This document shows positions 63,481 to 64,000 of a stretch of DNA of 64,000 nt, in pieces (the stretch's first letter is position 1; the number at the start of each line of letters is the position of its first letter). The stretch comes from a virus: the IMG/VR virus record IMGVR_UViG_3300037470_001029, positions 1 to 64,000 of that record; one strand, 5' to 3'. The notes beneath the pieces are model-generated. The model did not search any database. It was given only the letters and a program-made list of their open reading frames with translations, and was not told the origin of the DNA. A program made the position numbers and the translations under genes.

Positions 63481-64000
63481 CCATCTACAGCAACAGGCCC
63501 GCCCCCGCGTGGGACAAGTCGGGCGAGAGGAGGATCCCCATGACACACGAGATGGCGAAGAAGCTCGGCGCCGGATCCATCAAGGTCGCGGTCGTCGTGG
63601 CGGCCAAGGACGGCCGCTGGGCGTTCGGCCGCAAGGAGGACGAGGCGAAGCTGCGCGAGAAGAAGCGGGGCGACTTCGACACCGCCCCTGAGGCGGTGGC
63701 CGCAGCCGGGCGCGAGTTCGAGATCATCATCAACACGGCGCCTGCCGCGGCCGCGAAGAAGAAGGGCTGGGAGCTGGGCCCGGCCGCGCGCAGGGTCGCG
63801 GAGAAGGTCGACCTCGCCACGGCGGAGGAGCGCGTCGCGGCGCATGCAGCCAAGGATACCCTTGGCGTGCACCGCTTCGCCGGCAAGAAGCAGGCCGCCG
63901 AGATTTCCAAGAAGGCGACCAAGCCCGGCGCGAAGCCGCGCGGCAAGGGCATCGGCCACTTCTGCGAGGCAATGATCGCCGACGGCAAGACGAACGCGGA
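63477..64000 (+). CDS. hypothetical protein (3' truncated by window edge)
   Basis: ATGA-coupled frame open to window end; Ala/Lys-rich. Confidence 0.55.
   Translation, partial: MTIYSNRPAPAWDKSGERRIPMTHEMAKKLGAGSIKVAVVVAAKDGRWAFGRKEDEAKLREKKRGDFDTAPEAVAAAGREFEIIINTAPAAAAKKKGWELGPAARRVAEKVDLATAEERVAAHAAKDTLGVHRFAGKKQAAEISKKATKPGAKPRGKGIGHFCEAMIADGKTNA

Noticed and set aside
1-64000. Prophage or temperate lifestyle; alternative genetic code
   Set aside because: No integrase, att-linked host genes or cI/cro pair in the window. All three stop codons end normal genes, so the helicase TAG is not codon reassignment (it also needs a frame change).

Overview
The window is most of a GC-rich tailed dsDNA phage genome of siphovirus type (long tape measure, tail tube, no sheath). 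No integrase, repressor cassette, tRNA or CRISPR array was seen. Minus strand ~1.0-38.9 kb is the late arm: terminase, portal, MuF, scaffold, major capsid, neck, tail, fibres, an extended lysis cassette and exported cargo. Plus strand ~39.4-60.7 kb is the replication/nucleotide arm: primase-helicase, class II RNR, SSB-like protein, family A DNA polymerase, nucleases and an SNF2 helicase. Small early-type genes follow from divergent promoters at ~61.5-61.7 kb, and the window opens in the 3' end of a dCMP deaminase. Four oddities stand out. (1) Five tandem Arg-rich genes between terS and terL, plus a sixth in the neck region, share an N-terminal MAWSDAARAAA tag but differ downstream. (2) Scaffold, major capsid, capsid cement and tail tube each carry an extra N-terminal leader ending in a shared Phi-x-x-x-G-x-x-L-(G/S) motif, and a membrane-anchored M48-like Zn peptidase sits where a prohead protease would normally be. 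(3) The helicase Walker A motif is interrupted by GGC-TAG-TTGA-GGC, a 10-nt translational-bypass-like signature. (4) The tail-tip gene is split by a frame-preserving 1,272-bp fibre cassette. All family calls come from motif recognition by eye; no database searches were run.
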